From Vicugna vicugna (lineage: Eukaryota), in assembly GCA_013265495.1 (NCBI GenBank), contig MU058718.1, forward strand, positions 4,299,648 to 4,363,647: a stretch of DNA of 64,000 nucleotides, written 5' to 3'. Of the stretch, positions 30,239 to 42,240 are shown one piece after another. Each line of letters starts with the position of its first letter. The stretch's first letter is position 1. The notes beneath the pieces are model-generated. The model did not search any database and was not told where the DNA came from. It worked only from the letters and a program-made list of their open reading frames with translations. A program made the position numbers and the translations under genes.

Positions 30239-32149
30239 ATTAATGGGGAGAATGAATGAATAAATGCATAAAGGGACTTACTAGTTTAATCAGTTTTTGT
30301 CACAGAGGATACATCACTCTTCCAGTTTATATTATTATTATATTTCTGTATAAGATTATTAATACTTATTTGATAATGATAATCTTAAGTCATTTGTATA
30401 TATTTGTCTTGGTTAGACAAAGACCCTTTTTGTAATATGTAATGTTGTCTATCCGTACACCATGGTGACTATAGATTGTCTCCTTTTACAGAATATTGCA
30501 ACTAATATGTAGTGGTTTTGTCTTTCCTTGTTTCTTGCCACATGCCTGGCCATGACCCTTTGGGAAATGAACTGTGCCACAAAATGAATTAGAGCTCTGC
30601 CATTCTACAGAAAGGGGGTTCATTTGAACAGAAACAAGCAGACTGTGCCTTCAGTACTCTCTATATAAGTAGGGCTGCTTTCAGAGCACTTTAGCCCTAA
30701 ATGCAACCCCTGAGGAAACTATGAATCACTTTGATTATAAATCATCAAACAGAGAAAAAGTGTAACACAGTATATTTTAGTTATTAACAATGTGAACTGT
30801 GATAATATATTGTATTTTAAAGCATCCCCTAGCAAGCACCATGATGGTATATATTCAACCATCACATCTTAAAATCTCAACAAATAATACTGAAAAGTTG
30901 TCTAAACCACAAACAAAAAGTTTAAAATTTCCTCTCCAAAATAAAAGTGAAAGTGGTTTGCCATTTGAACCTCAGAAGGCCTCAGTGATCTTCCACTGAT
31001 TCACGGTAAGGGGACGAGTTCTAGGGGAAGATATTACCCTCCTCACCGCCTATACATCGGGAAAGCCCTAGGATTTTTATATTCGTCATACTCAGGGGCC
31101 AGCAGTCATGCAAGATAAGAGCTTTTCTAGTCATTCTTCTCTTAGAAATTATGCACTTTCTTCAGGGTCCAAGATGAATAGAAATAAGCTTCTTTATTAG
31201 ACTATTTGTATCATGTAAAGTAAATTCTTTGTTTCTCTGTTTACACTTTTATTCTCAAGACTAAACTTTATCCCCAATATTAACTAATAGTTAACACACT
31301 TCAGGACACCTAGCACATAGCAGGTGCTCAATAGTTATTTGTTGGATGACTGAAACTTGAACAAAGAATGTTATCTTGATTCTCTCTTACCTGTCAGTAA
31401 AAGCTGTATGCAATTTAAAGTATTTGTTTTTCTATCAAAAGCCAGACTGTTCAAATATATTAAACTCGATAAATAATTAACCTTGAGAAAGAAATTTATG
31501 AAAAAGCAAATCAATTTGCTGATTATTCTGGCAGGGTGTGACATTCGCCCGAGTCTACGGAGTTCCCAAACAAAGGAAGCACTCTTTGAAACGTTATCTG
31601 ATGAAAGTGAAACGTTCTAATGCAGTCTAATACTTTCAAAACGAGTAAATTAAATACAGCAGAAAGCTTTTGCCACACTACCAATAGCTGCGATAAAGTT
31701 TGTTAAATATCGAGATTTTAAAGTATGAAGTTTTGAGTTGAGGACATTGATTTATTCCACGTCAGATCAGAATCAATGTAATAAATAGCCATGCTGTAAT
31801 AGAGTTCTACTAAGTTCTAAAGCATTAAAACATTTCGGCAGGACTGTCGGATGAAATTAAAAACATTTAAATTGAAGAAAATAGCCCCGTAAGTTAAACT
31901 TATATTTATAGGTCTAGCAGCGTGACTCCGTGTAAGTGACTGGACCCACTGTTAGGATTTATTCTGATATTTGAAAACCTAACACAAGAAGAGTTTCTGG
32001 GTCGATGATAGATATTGTGACATATTGTGTGTTAAGTATATTAAAAGCTGTTCCTCCATGTAAAGTGTGGCCAAGAAGTAAATGTTTATTATGTCAAAGT
32101 GTTAATTCTTGTTAAGCCATTGCTCGTTTATTAAGTGTAATAGAATCAC

Positions 32150-33000
32150 GGTCAGCCTACGGGCCTGCCTCTGAAATGCAAATAACCCATCGTAATGAAA
32201 ATCCTGCCCTCAGCAGCAAACGGTCCCAAGGCGGTGAGCGGCGGCCAGCGAGCTGTCAGCCAAAGGGCGGGGCCCAGGAGCCTTCAGGGGAGGAGGCAGC
32301 CGTAGACTGGACGCGAGATCCGGGAACCCAGGTCTCGGTGAGTACTTTGTCCGCCTCGCCCCCTGGCGGCTACGCTGTCTTCCCCTGGTGGCCCCGCCTC
32401 TCAGTCCTCTAGAAGCCAGGCCTCTGCTTCCCCTGGTGGCCCCGCCTCTTCTCCTCTGGTGGATCCGCCTCTCCCTCCTCTGATGACCCCGCCTCTCGTC
32501 CCCTTACGCTCCACCCGCCTTTCCCGGTGTCCCCACCCTCCCCAGGCCCCTGGCGACTCTCCTCCCCTCCCCTGCCGGTCCCGCCTCTCCCCCGGTGTCC
32601 CCGCCCTCCCCCTCCGCGGCTCCGCCTCCCCCGCTCCCTGGGTGCTATCCCGTCCGGGTTCCTCTCTGAGTCCCTCTCCGAGTCCTCAGCAGCGGGCCGT
32701 GCTTGGCAAGCGGTCCTAGCAGGCGACAGTCGCCTGGGCGCGTTCCTTTTTCTCGCTGGTCTGTGATCGTTCCGCCTCCCTTTCTTCAGCCGTATCGGAT
32801 CTCCTCCTCAGAAGTTCTTTCCGGCCCCAGCAATTGGCGCCTGGGCGACCCTGGTCCGGCCTTAGCCTTGTGCGGTGCTTGGTGGTTCCCGAGGTAGCAA
32901 GCCCGGACCCAGCTTGACCACAACCCTTCTCCTCCGACCACGGCAGAAAGCCTCTGCGTCTGATCCCATGCTCTTCCTTGTTTAACGTTCTCCCGAAGGA
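32150..33000. promoter_or_regulatory. Orphan CpG island with tandem GC-box/CTCF-like motifs
   Basis: Abrupt GC/CpG-rich block in AT-rich surroundings, with repeated CCCTGGYGGC and CCGCCTC motifs and no recognisable CDS. Confidence 0.7.
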
Positions 33001-33204
33001 CTAATTTATAAATTTCTTGAGCTCCATGAGTGTAGTTTTGTAGACAGATTGAGACATCCCATTTGGGACGAGTGCAGTACCCATTCTAACATTTAGTGCC
33101 TCAAAATTAACTATCATCCAGGTTATGGTTTGAAATAGCGAAACCCCAGACAGCTGGACCATGACCCTGTTTTTTGCACTGTTAGAAAGTAAAAAACTTA
33201 GATC

Positions 33205-34032
33205 TAAGTGCTGGTGAGGATGTGGAGAAAAGGGAAACCTTGTGCACTGCTGGTGGGGATGTAAACTGGGTTCAGCTACTATGGAAAACATGGAGGTTTC
33301 TCAAGAAAGTCAAAATAGAGCTGCCACATGATCCAGCAATCCCACTTCGGGTATACATCCGAAGGAAATAAATCATCATCTGGAAAAGACATCTGTACTC
33401 CCATGTTCATTGCAGCATTATACACAGTAGCCAAGGTATGGAAATAACCTAAGTGTCCAACAGATGAATGGATCAAGAATACACACAGCACACACACATA
33501 CATACACATACACATGCTGGAATGTTATTCAGCCTTTAAAAAGAAGGGAATCCTGTTATTTGTGACATGTATCAACCTGAAGAGCATTATACTAAGTAAA
33601 ATAAGCCAGAGAAAGACAAATACTGCCTAGTCTCATTTATATGTGGAATTTTACAGAAGTTGAACTCATAGAAACAGAGAGAGTAAAGTGGTTGCCAGGG
33701 GCAGGTGGGTGGCAGAAATAGGGAGAGGTTGGTAGAATGGTGCAAACATTCAGATATAAGATAAATAAAGTCTGATAATCTAATGTATAACATGGTGATT
33801 ATAGTTGATAATTACCATATTGTGTAATTGAAATTTGCTAAAAGAGTACCCCAAAGGTTCTCACACAAAAGAAGTAAATATATGAGGTAACAGATTCAAA
33901 AAAGTAAATATATGATAAAGGATTCCTGCCATCAAGTTAATTAACTTTCCCAGTGTATACAACTCATCACGTTGTATACTTCAAATATCTAGCAATTTTA
34001 TTTGAAAATTATACCTTAATAAAGCTGGGGGA
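33205..34032 (+). mobile_element. L1 3' end (L1MA/MB-like) with internal (CA)n
   Basis: GGTGAGGATGTGGAGAAAAGGGAA...CCCATGTTCATTGCAGCATTA...TATACCTTAATAAAGCTGG. Confidence 0.88.
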
Positions 34033-34539
34033 AGAGTCACAGAACCTAAAAAAAGCAGACACTAATTTGAGCTTGTGCATAATTAACTTAGCACTGGATA
34101 TTACGCATACTACCAATTCATAAAACAATATGGGTGAAAAGTATAGATGAAGTATAGATGAAGTGGTGGTTAGCGTAATTGATAGTGGTTCAGTTTAAAG
34201 CATCATAAATTATACACTAAACTGAGAGACTTATACTGCTACTAAAAGTATAGTGACAAACAAGAAAAGCAGAACATAAAACTTTTATTTACAAGTCATA
34301 ATAAAAATGGATATGACTCTAAATACAGATTGTAGGAGGATACAGGACACAAACTCCCAGGAGGCTGAGGCTGATTCGTTCCAGTGGGGTGCCCTGGAGT
34401 GTCTGGAGCTCTTTCAGTTTCCACCCTTTCTGAGTTTTGGTTGGCCAAGGTTTTCCTCTGTGAGCTTCCCTAAATTAGAGTAGAGAGTATACTGCAATAA
34501 TAGAGATCCCAAAATATAGTGATCTAAATGAAAAAGCAG

Positions 34540-35188
34540 CATTACCTAACCAAACTTGGGTCCACTCATCCCAGCGCAGTAAAGCCAATCTATTGACACC
34601 GGTTGTAGTTAAGAGAAGTGCAGTGTTTATTTTAGGGGGCCAAGCAGGAAGTCCAGGCAGGTAACGCTTAAAAGACCTGAACTCCCCAGTGGCTTTCAGG
34701 GAAGGGTTTTTAAGACAGGGTGAGTGAGAGGGTTTGCGGGGTTTGTGATCAGCTCGTGGACATTCTCCTGACTGGCTGGTGGTGAGGTAATTGGGAGTCA
34801 ACATCATCAACCTTCTGGTTCCAACCAGTCTGGGGTCTATGTGCTTGTGGGCAGCATACAGTTAATTTCTTCCACCTGGTGAGGGTTTCAGTCTTTGCCA
34901 AACAATTCAAAGAATACAGCTCAGAATATTATATATAGCCCTTGAGGAGGAACTAAAGGTCCTTGACTTTGTTTAATGGCTAAATGATTATTATTTTGTC
35001 TTGCTTGACTGTTTTCCTTTGCTTCTGCATTTTCTCACTTCTCTGATTAAGTTTATTCTTTGGAACTGGAGGAAGGCCTAGGAGGCTAAAGTTTTTCTAC
35101 AAACAAAATGCAGAAAGAGGACATGGTGGGGAGGGGAGGAGAGGGCAGTCTGTCCCAAGAAGGCTACACATGTTCCTGCTTGGTTACA
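34540..35188 (-). mobile_element. ERV1-type solo LTR inserted in a MaLR-like LTR
   Basis: Ends (C)ATTACC...GGTTACA; 4-bp TSD GCAG (34536-34539 / 35189-35192); minus-strand AATAAA near 34627-34632. Confidence 0.75.
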
Positions 35189-35741
35189 GCAGCTTATTTC
35201 TCATGTAACAGTCCAGAGGTAGAAGTGGCCCAGGCTGGCAGGGTGATTCAGCTCCATTAAGTTATCCATGAACTCTGGTTTCTTTCCTCTTGATGCTCTA
35301 CCATATGATATTTTCATTTGCATGTTTAAAGCTGGGCACTTCTAGGGGTTTGCTTTGGCGCCATCTAGCCCTGGAGAAGGGCAAAAGAGCAGAACTGGAG
35401 GATAACTAATTTATTTTTAAGTAAGCGATGCAGAAGTGGCACATATCACTTTCACTGATATTCTGTTGATGAGATGAGAACTTGACCACACTTGGTTTTA
35501 AGAGAAACTGGGAAATGTGGTCTCTAACAGGGGGCTTCCTGTTCCCAATTAAAAATTTATTAGTTTAGTAAAAGTGAAGAGCAGATCTGGGGGGGACAAC
35601 TCGTATTCCACCACATTTCTCCCATTTCCTTCCAATTAATTCCTTCTTAAAAGGAGTCTGCTTACTTCAGTTTACAGACAGTCCCTATTGCTTGCAATTG
35701 AAGTAACTGAACTGATACCTCTTTCGTCAGGCCCCAGTTTA

Positions 35742-35955
35742 TATAGATATAGATACAGATACAGTTTTTTTTTATTGAAGTTTACATGTTGTGTAAATTT
35801 CTGGTGTACAGCATAATGCTTCAGTCCATACATGAACATACATATATGCATTTTCATATTCTTTTTCACCATAAGTTACTATAAGATATTGAACATATTT
35901 TCCTGTGCTATACGGTATGAACTTGTTGTTTATCTATTTTATATATATTAGTTCA
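35742..35955 (-). mobile_element. 5'-truncated lineage-specific L1 3' end
   Basis: Similar to 42611-42810; 15-bp TSD TCAGGCCCCAGTTTA (35727-35741) / TCAGACCCCAGTTTA (35956-35970). Confidence 0.8.
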
Positions 35956-36001
35956 TCAGACCCCAGTTTAAATGACACCTCCTCAAGGAGGTCTACCTGA
36001 T

Positions 36002-36579
36002 TGTTACCCTCTTGGTGGGTGTCCAGCCAAAAGACACAGCCAAGCTGAAGATTGGGAGAAGGAAGGATTTATTACTTGTAGCAAGTAAGGAGAACACCGG
36101 GGATCTTTCAGCAGTGTCCCCTGTCCCTGCAAAATGGGGAAGTTTTAAGCTCAGAGTAAATGCATAATCATGAAGGGCTTGGGCAGAGAAGAATTCTGCA
36201 TACAATTGGGACAAAAGTTGACAAAGTTCAAGCTTAAGTTGATTGAAATCACAAGGGTCAGAAAAGGTCAGCCTCTTGATCCCTTAGGTTCCAGCTGATC
36301 TGGTAGTTGAGAGATTCAGGCTAATCTTTACCATTGGAACAGAACTGAGAGTCTTTCCAAATTATCTTTGCTATTTTTACTTCTCTTGCCTGATTATAGT
36401 CATTTGTTCCTACATTCTATTGTTCCCTTAAAATCATTAATTACTGAGACCTGTTCAAGGACAACTGTGTGGCCAGGCTTAGGTCGTAAAATGGCTTAAG
36501 CCCAAAAGGGCTTCTCTTATATCAAGAAAGCCATGCTGGGTTCTCTTTATTTGGGGACCCCCTACCCTATCTGCTGACA
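36002..36579 (-). mobile_element. ERV1-type solo LTR inserted in an L2 remnant
   Basis: TGTTACC...GCTGACA; near-perfect 4-bp TSD TGAT/TGAC; minus-strand AATAAA at ~36068-36073. Confidence 0.72.
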
Positions 36580-38435
36580 TGACTACTTTCTCTAAAGTAG
36601 GTCGCCTCCCCTTTTCCTGCTATTATTGTTCATCTCCGAACTTTATTTCCTTTATGGTACTTAACACAGCTTGCAATTACTTTTTTTTTTAATCTGTGTT
36701 GTTTGTCTCCCCACCATATTTCTTTTCTTTACCACTACATCTCCATCACCAAGCTCATTGCCTGTCATTGGATAGACAAGAAATAAATATGTGGTGTTAA
36801 GTGATTCAAACAGTGGTCAAGAATGACTCAGAGTTCTGAAGTGACCAGCTGAATGGATTGGTAGAGAGTGAGAATATGGGAAGTTAGGCACCGTTTGGAG
36901 GAAGGGATCTGAAGATGGTCACTTTTGCTTGCACATGCTGACTTTGAAGTTCTGAATTATTTCATTGTGACACCTAGTAGGCACTTGAAATACAAATCTG
37001 GAACTCTGCAAAGAGTGTCACTTTGGATGGAGCTATATAGATTTGAGACCCTTGAGGACTGATGAGATCACTTATGAAGAGCATGACTAAAGAGACTGAA
37101 GAGAAGGTTTAGGAAGGAACTACTAGAAACAACATTTATAGAGTGGGCAGAGGAAGGATCAGCAAAGCTTTGGAGGCCATAGCAGAGACTGTCAATAAGA
37201 ACCAAGAAGAAACCTTCAGGGAGAAGGTAGTGGTCACAAGTGGTTCATATGGTGGGGGGAGTAAATTATGTCACATAAATCTGCAAGTCCCTTAGAACTG
37301 CCTGTTAGGAGGCTTAGATATGGGAGCCCTAAAATAATTTCAGTATGTTGGTAGGCTGGGGACTGAAGACAGAATGCTAGGAAGTGAATGCAGTAATTGT
37401 AGAATGTGCTTTCAGGAAGTACATCCATGAAAACAACAGATTTTATTTGGAGAGAGAGGTAAGGTCAGAGAGTTGAAAGAAAGCTCAGAATCTCTTTATA
37501 TAAGTGAGACAAAAATGAGAGAGACACACACACACAAGGTGGGTTTGGAAATGATTAATGGAGGAATTTTGACCTACTGGGTTTGAGATAGGAAGAGAGA
37601 ACAAGGTGTTGCCCTTCCTTGAAGACATAAAGAAATTTTAGAGAAGGGCGGAGTAACAACAAAGTTGAGTTCTTTTCTGATGGCCTTTACTTTACCTACG
37701 AAGGAGGGAGCAAAGTTATCTAATGTAAGGGAGGAGGTGGAGGAAGAAGTTTGGACTAGTTAACTAAAAGAAAGGGGGGGATGGAAAAGATTGCCGATAG
37801 GGGGCAGAAAAGTTCAGCTGATTGCAGATCTACCATGGCTGGTGATATTTTCTTTTCCTTCTTCCCCTTAATGCCTTCCTAGACTAACCTTGTTCCGGAA
37901 GAGACTCTAGGCTGCCAAATCCTAATTCGTGAACCGGTGTACCCAAATCCTAGATTTTTTTCCCCCAACAATAACGGGCAACGAACATGCAGGGACCGCG
38001 AGAGGAGACGGCTCCCCCAAGCTCTCTTCGTTCCGACAGTGAAAACAGAGCTGGCCTGTAGCATTTTTCCGGACCCCCAACCTCTGCTACCACGGGTTAC
38101 AGTCCTTCATACAGCCAAGGCACCTCTTAAACGCTTGCTGTGGATAATGGGAGATTCAGGGACAGACGGTTCGGTTCCCTTGTAAATAACATTCCTCCAA
38201 ACATGCAGCACTTATTTCAGGCCTGCTGAAGAAAGGCAATGCAGAGGGACCAGGGTATTGCCTTTCCTTTTGTGCTCGCTGCGTATCCGGCCACGACACC
38301 TACGACCATTAAGTGCAAAGTGACCAATTTCTGTTATACGAGAACAGTGTTCCAAGCAGAAGGGCCGGCAGCTGAGGCCGGAATAGGGGAAAGTATCGTG
38401 TTCGTAGCTCGCAAACCACCGAGGCAGGACCACAA

Positions 38436-38588
38436 CCCCGCCCCATGACGTCACACGGCCTCAGCCTCCCGGCCACCTTGCGATGGGCGTGTCTTATTCC
38501 CGAGACTGCCTCAGCCCTGGCCTGCCCCGCCTCAGGTGACGTCACGGTGCCTTCAGCCTCTAGTATCTCATTGCTGAGCCTCATCACC
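38436..38588 (+). promoter_or_regulatory. Upstream promoter of the first 7SL gene: two GC-box+CRE modules and a TATA-like element
   Basis: TGACGTCA at 38446-38453 and 38537-38544 (-52..-45). GC boxes at 38436-38444 and 38525-38533. TCTAGTA at 38559-38565 (-30..-24). An ATF/CRE site near -50 is an established feature of 7SL promoters. Confidence 0.8.
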
Positions 38589-38887
38589 GCCGGGCGCGGT
38601 GGCGCGCGCCTGTAGTCCCAGCTACTCGGGAGGCTGAGGCAGGAGGATCGCTTGAGCCCAGGAGTTCTGGGCTGTAGTGCGCTATGCCGATCGGGTGTCC
38701 GCACTAAGTTCGGCATCAATATGGTGACCTCCCGGGAGCGGGGGACCACCAGGTTGCCTAAGGAGGGGTGAACCGGCCCAGGTCGGAAACGGAGCAGGTC
38801 AAAACTCCCGTGCTGATCAGTAGTGGGATCGCGCCTGTGAATAGCCACTGCACTCCAGCCTGGGCAACATAGCGAGACCCCGTCTCT
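38589..38887 (+). ncRNA. RN7SL2: 7SL RNA (signal recognition particle RNA), full length 299 nt; positional ortholog of RN7SL2
   Basis: GCCGGGCGCGGTGGCG...CCCAGGTCGGAAACGGAGCAGGTC (helix 8)...GAGACCCCGTCTCT, then TTTT. All CpGs intact, no poly(A) or TSD, CRE promoter present. The paralog number rests on recalled synteny only. Confidence 0.97.
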
Positions 38888-38890
38888 TTT
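38887..38890 (+). terminator. Pol III terminator (T4) of the first 7SL gene; backup T5 at 38934-38938
   Basis: TCTCTTTTGG at the 3' end of the RNA. Confidence 0.85.
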
Positions 38891-40526
38891 GGATTCCTTG
38901 TTAAGGGAATCCTGTACCTCCTAAATCCGTGTATTTTTCTGAACAATAAAAGCCTGCCTCTTCCTAAATTCATCCTTTTTAGGTATTCAGTAATTCACTG
39001 ATAGATGCTTTAAAATAAACGAGGTATGACTGGTCTTTATCACTGGCGCTCCCTCTTCCCACTGTCTCACGTTTGTCTCCTTTTTCACGTCTGTTAGAGT
39101 TACAGCTCACTGGGTAACTTGGATACTCAGGGACTTGTAGCCACCTCATCACTGACCCCTACTGGAACGTTGTCAAAACGTCTCTGCGAAAAGCTGTTAT
39201 CACCCTCGGAGCCAACAGGGGATGCTCATTTTCTCACAACCTGTTGGCAAAAATGGCTGCCAGATATCACTGCGAAAAATGCACTCCGAGTCCAGAATTT
39301 GTAAGTTCTGCCCGTGGCGGTCCAGTTTGCTACTTTGTTACTACTCTTTCCCTTACCTGACCGGACCTTCCCTCCCCACCTCCTGCGACATGTTACCTTC
39401 ATTCAGCACTGTCCTATCAAAGTTTTTGCTTTTAAATGTGGCAGGGAGATCTGGCTTTCATCCGAATCCTTACATTCTACCCGTTTACAGATAGGGCTGA
39501 CCTTCCAACGGGACACCTCGATAGAGGAAAAACCAACCTAAAAGGATCCCAGACGGCCCTGTGATAGCCGAGGTAATGGGCCAGCGTGACAAAATGCTGC
39601 CACCCTGTCTCTCCCCTTGATGCTCGGATTACCAAGAGCTAATGTTAGCGATGGAATTGAAATGCAGGGGACTTCCAGCTCTCGCTGGGTCTCTGTGGGT
39701 CTGGGTCTCGAAACTAGTTGATGAGAGCAATGCCTAAACGCTCTTCACTGAGCCATATAGAGCGAGTCCTGTATCTTTATCTCTTTTTAAAAAGAAATAC
39801 GTAAAGAAAGTATGAAAGAAGAGAATCTTTAACATTGTCAGAAGGTTTTGGTGGTACGATGGTTAATTTCAACTTTGTGAAAGGACTGTCTTAGAGGGTT
39901 CCCTTTTATTTTTTTGTTTTTGAGAACTCCTTTTTAAATTTAGGCATTTTAGGGGCAGTGGAAATTGATCAAGCATTCACATTAGTCTTAACATTAATCT
40001 GATAATCTATTGTAAATTTAAAGACTCTAAACACAGACTTTCATATACTTCTAAAACGAAGAAGAAAGGGACAATGTAGTAAGCTATTCATAAAGCCAAT
40101 GGTTTTTTTAGGTGACCCATTCCATTGAACAAACAAATGAGTTAGAAAAGGCCCTTCTTGAGTTGAACAGACTTCTTCCCCCTACAACTGTGTGGAATAA
40201 GTCTTATTCTAATTATTAAGGACAACTTTTTAAGAATTTGAAAGACATCTCCTACTGAATGCATTTTCACTGAATACTGATGTATGGAGATGCTTTTTTA
40301 CTTTTTACATCTCTACCCCACTTCACCCAGAAAATAAGAAGCAAAATACTTTCGGCATGCCTTATTAGGTTTTCACTTCACAGATCCCTGATTTTGACCC
40401 AGAATGACTTACCTGTGGAAGTAAGGATGGCATGTGAGTAGCCACCTGTGTTAGCCCTGGGGTTCCTACTCACCTTAGGTGTTTTCCACCCTCTGGGAGA
40501 ACTTCTCAGCTTTGTGGAACTGAGGT

Positions 40527-41005
40527 GTGGTAAGCAGAATAATACCCCTTCTCCCCCCAAAGAAGTGAATTTCCTAATACCTAGAACCTGTGATATGTTA
40601 CCTAACATGGTAAGAGGGATTTACAAATGTGAGTAAATTAAGAATCTTGAGATGGGGAGATTATCCTGGATTATCCCACGGGACCCAGTCTAATTACAAG
40701 GATCCTTTTAAGGGGGAGGCAAGAGAGTCAGAGCCAGAGAAGGAGATGCAGCCTAGAAGCAGAGAGTGGAGTCATGCAGAGGTGCCAGCAGAGGACTGTG
40801 GACAGCCTCTGGAAGCTGGAAAAAGCAAGGAAACAGATTCTCCTCCAGAACCTCTAACACAGATGCAGCCGTGCTGACCTACTTGGGGCCTCTGACCTTC
40901 AGAACTGTAAGATAATGAATTTGTGTTCCTTTGAACCACACAGGTGTACTTGCGTACACTGACTCTGTGGTAATTTGTTACAATACCAACAGATAACAAA
41001 TACAC
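40527..41005 (+). mobile_element. MaLR LTR (MLT1C/D-like)
   Basis: TGTGGTAAGCAGAATAAT...GAGATGGGGAGATTATCCTGGATTATCC...GGAAACAGATTCTCC...GTAATTTGTTACA...AATACA. Confidence 0.8.
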
Positions 41006-41144
41006 AAGGGGCATTAAGGTTAGTCTGCACCTGAAAAATTTGTGAGGTCAGAAAGGAATCATTCCAGTAACTTCTTTAAAATGCTTGTACTTTTTTTTTT
41101 AAACTTTTCACATTCAACAGATTTTCATGGTCAATACTTTTTCT

Positions 41145-41242
41145 GTGTGTGTGTGTGTGTCTTTCTTTAAAAGTATAACATTTTAGCAATTCATCCATCT
41201 ATTCATCTATCCATCTATCCATTCATCTACCCATCTATCCAC
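41145..41242 (+). repeat. (TG)n and (ATCC/ATCT)n simple repeats
   Basis: Seen directly in the sequence. Confidence 0.75.
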
Positions 41243-41875
41243 TTAAAAAATTTTATGTGTCAAATATTTACCAGATCCTGTGTCGATACTAGATAATCAA
41301 AAATAGTGTAGACAAGTCATTGCCTTTGTAGAGCTTCAGGCCTAGTGAGGTGGGGGTGGGGGGACGCAGTCATTAAAAAATGGGCCATGTAAGGTGATTT
41401 AGGTTCTCACGATACCTGCTAAGTAACTAAGTAAAATTCATTAGCCTGCCCAAATGCCTGAAATACCCAATACCAAAAACTCTCTCCTGGGTTAAAGTAT
41501 GGTTTTCAGGAAGCCACTGTTAAAAATGCACTGTGTTTGGCTTAAGCTCAATACCGTTACTGAATACCTATTTTAACCATCCACCCAGTACTTGGTATTT
41601 CCTGCAAACATCCATGAAAGAAGTTCAGTAAATCATGAGGCTGACCATACTTTTTTGTTTTAAGGTTTTACTTGTATTAACGGTGGAATATTTTAGACAT
41701 ACAGCAACATTAAAGTTTTATGTTTTCAAACCTACTAAGCCTTATCCTTTATGGTTTCTACTTCAGTGCATTATTGTTCTTAACTCTACTTTGTTTTATT
41801 ATTAATATTAGAACATTTACTTTCTTAAAACATTTTTTGCTTTAATTTGCTTGTTGTTTGTGTTACCTATAGTGT

Positions 41876-42240
41876 ATACTATAGACCGAATGTTTGTGCC
41901 CCCTAAAAATTCCATATGTTGAAATCAATCCTCAGTGTGATAGTATTTGGAAGTGGTATCTTTGGGAGGTGATAGGTCATAAAATCCTCATGAATCAGAT
42001 TAAATGCCCTTATAAAAGAGACCCTAGAGAGCTCCTTTGTCCCTTCTGCCACTTGAGGTCACAGCAAGAAGACAGCTGTCTGTGACCCTATGAAGGAAGC
42101 AGGACTTCACCAGACATCAAATCTGTGGGTGTTTTGATCTTGGACTTCTCAGTTTTCAGAACTGTGAGAAATAAGCATTCATTGTTTAAGCCACCCAGAC
42201 CATGGTATTTTTGTTATAGGAGCCTAAATGGACTAACACA
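41876..42240 (+). mobile_element. MaLR LTR (MLT1A/B-like)
   Basis: GAATGTTTGTGCCCCC...ATGTTGAAATC...CCTTATAAAAGAGACC...AGAACTGTGAGAAATAA...GACTAACACA. Confidence 0.8.

Noticed and set aside
32176..32897. Pro-rich ORFs in the orphan CpG island; repeats as a CRISPR-like array
   Set aside because: The ORFs reflect C-rich low complexity. The repeats are degenerate and irregularly spaced in mammalian DNA with no cas genes.
34139..34163. 11-bp tandem duplication AAGTATAGATG
   Set aside because: Ordinary replication slippage in AT-rich, non-genic DNA.
38589..38887. 7SL copies as Alu elements or processed pseudogenes
   Set aside because: The full S domain is present, CpGs are intact, each ends in a T4 terminator, and there is no poly(A) tail or TSD.
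38309..38973. 179-aa and 71-aa minus-strand ORFs
   Set aside because: Antisense readings of the 7SL gene (Alu-like peptides such as LSLPSSWDYRR). The same peptide recurs at 48441-48929 only because the RNA gene is duplicated.
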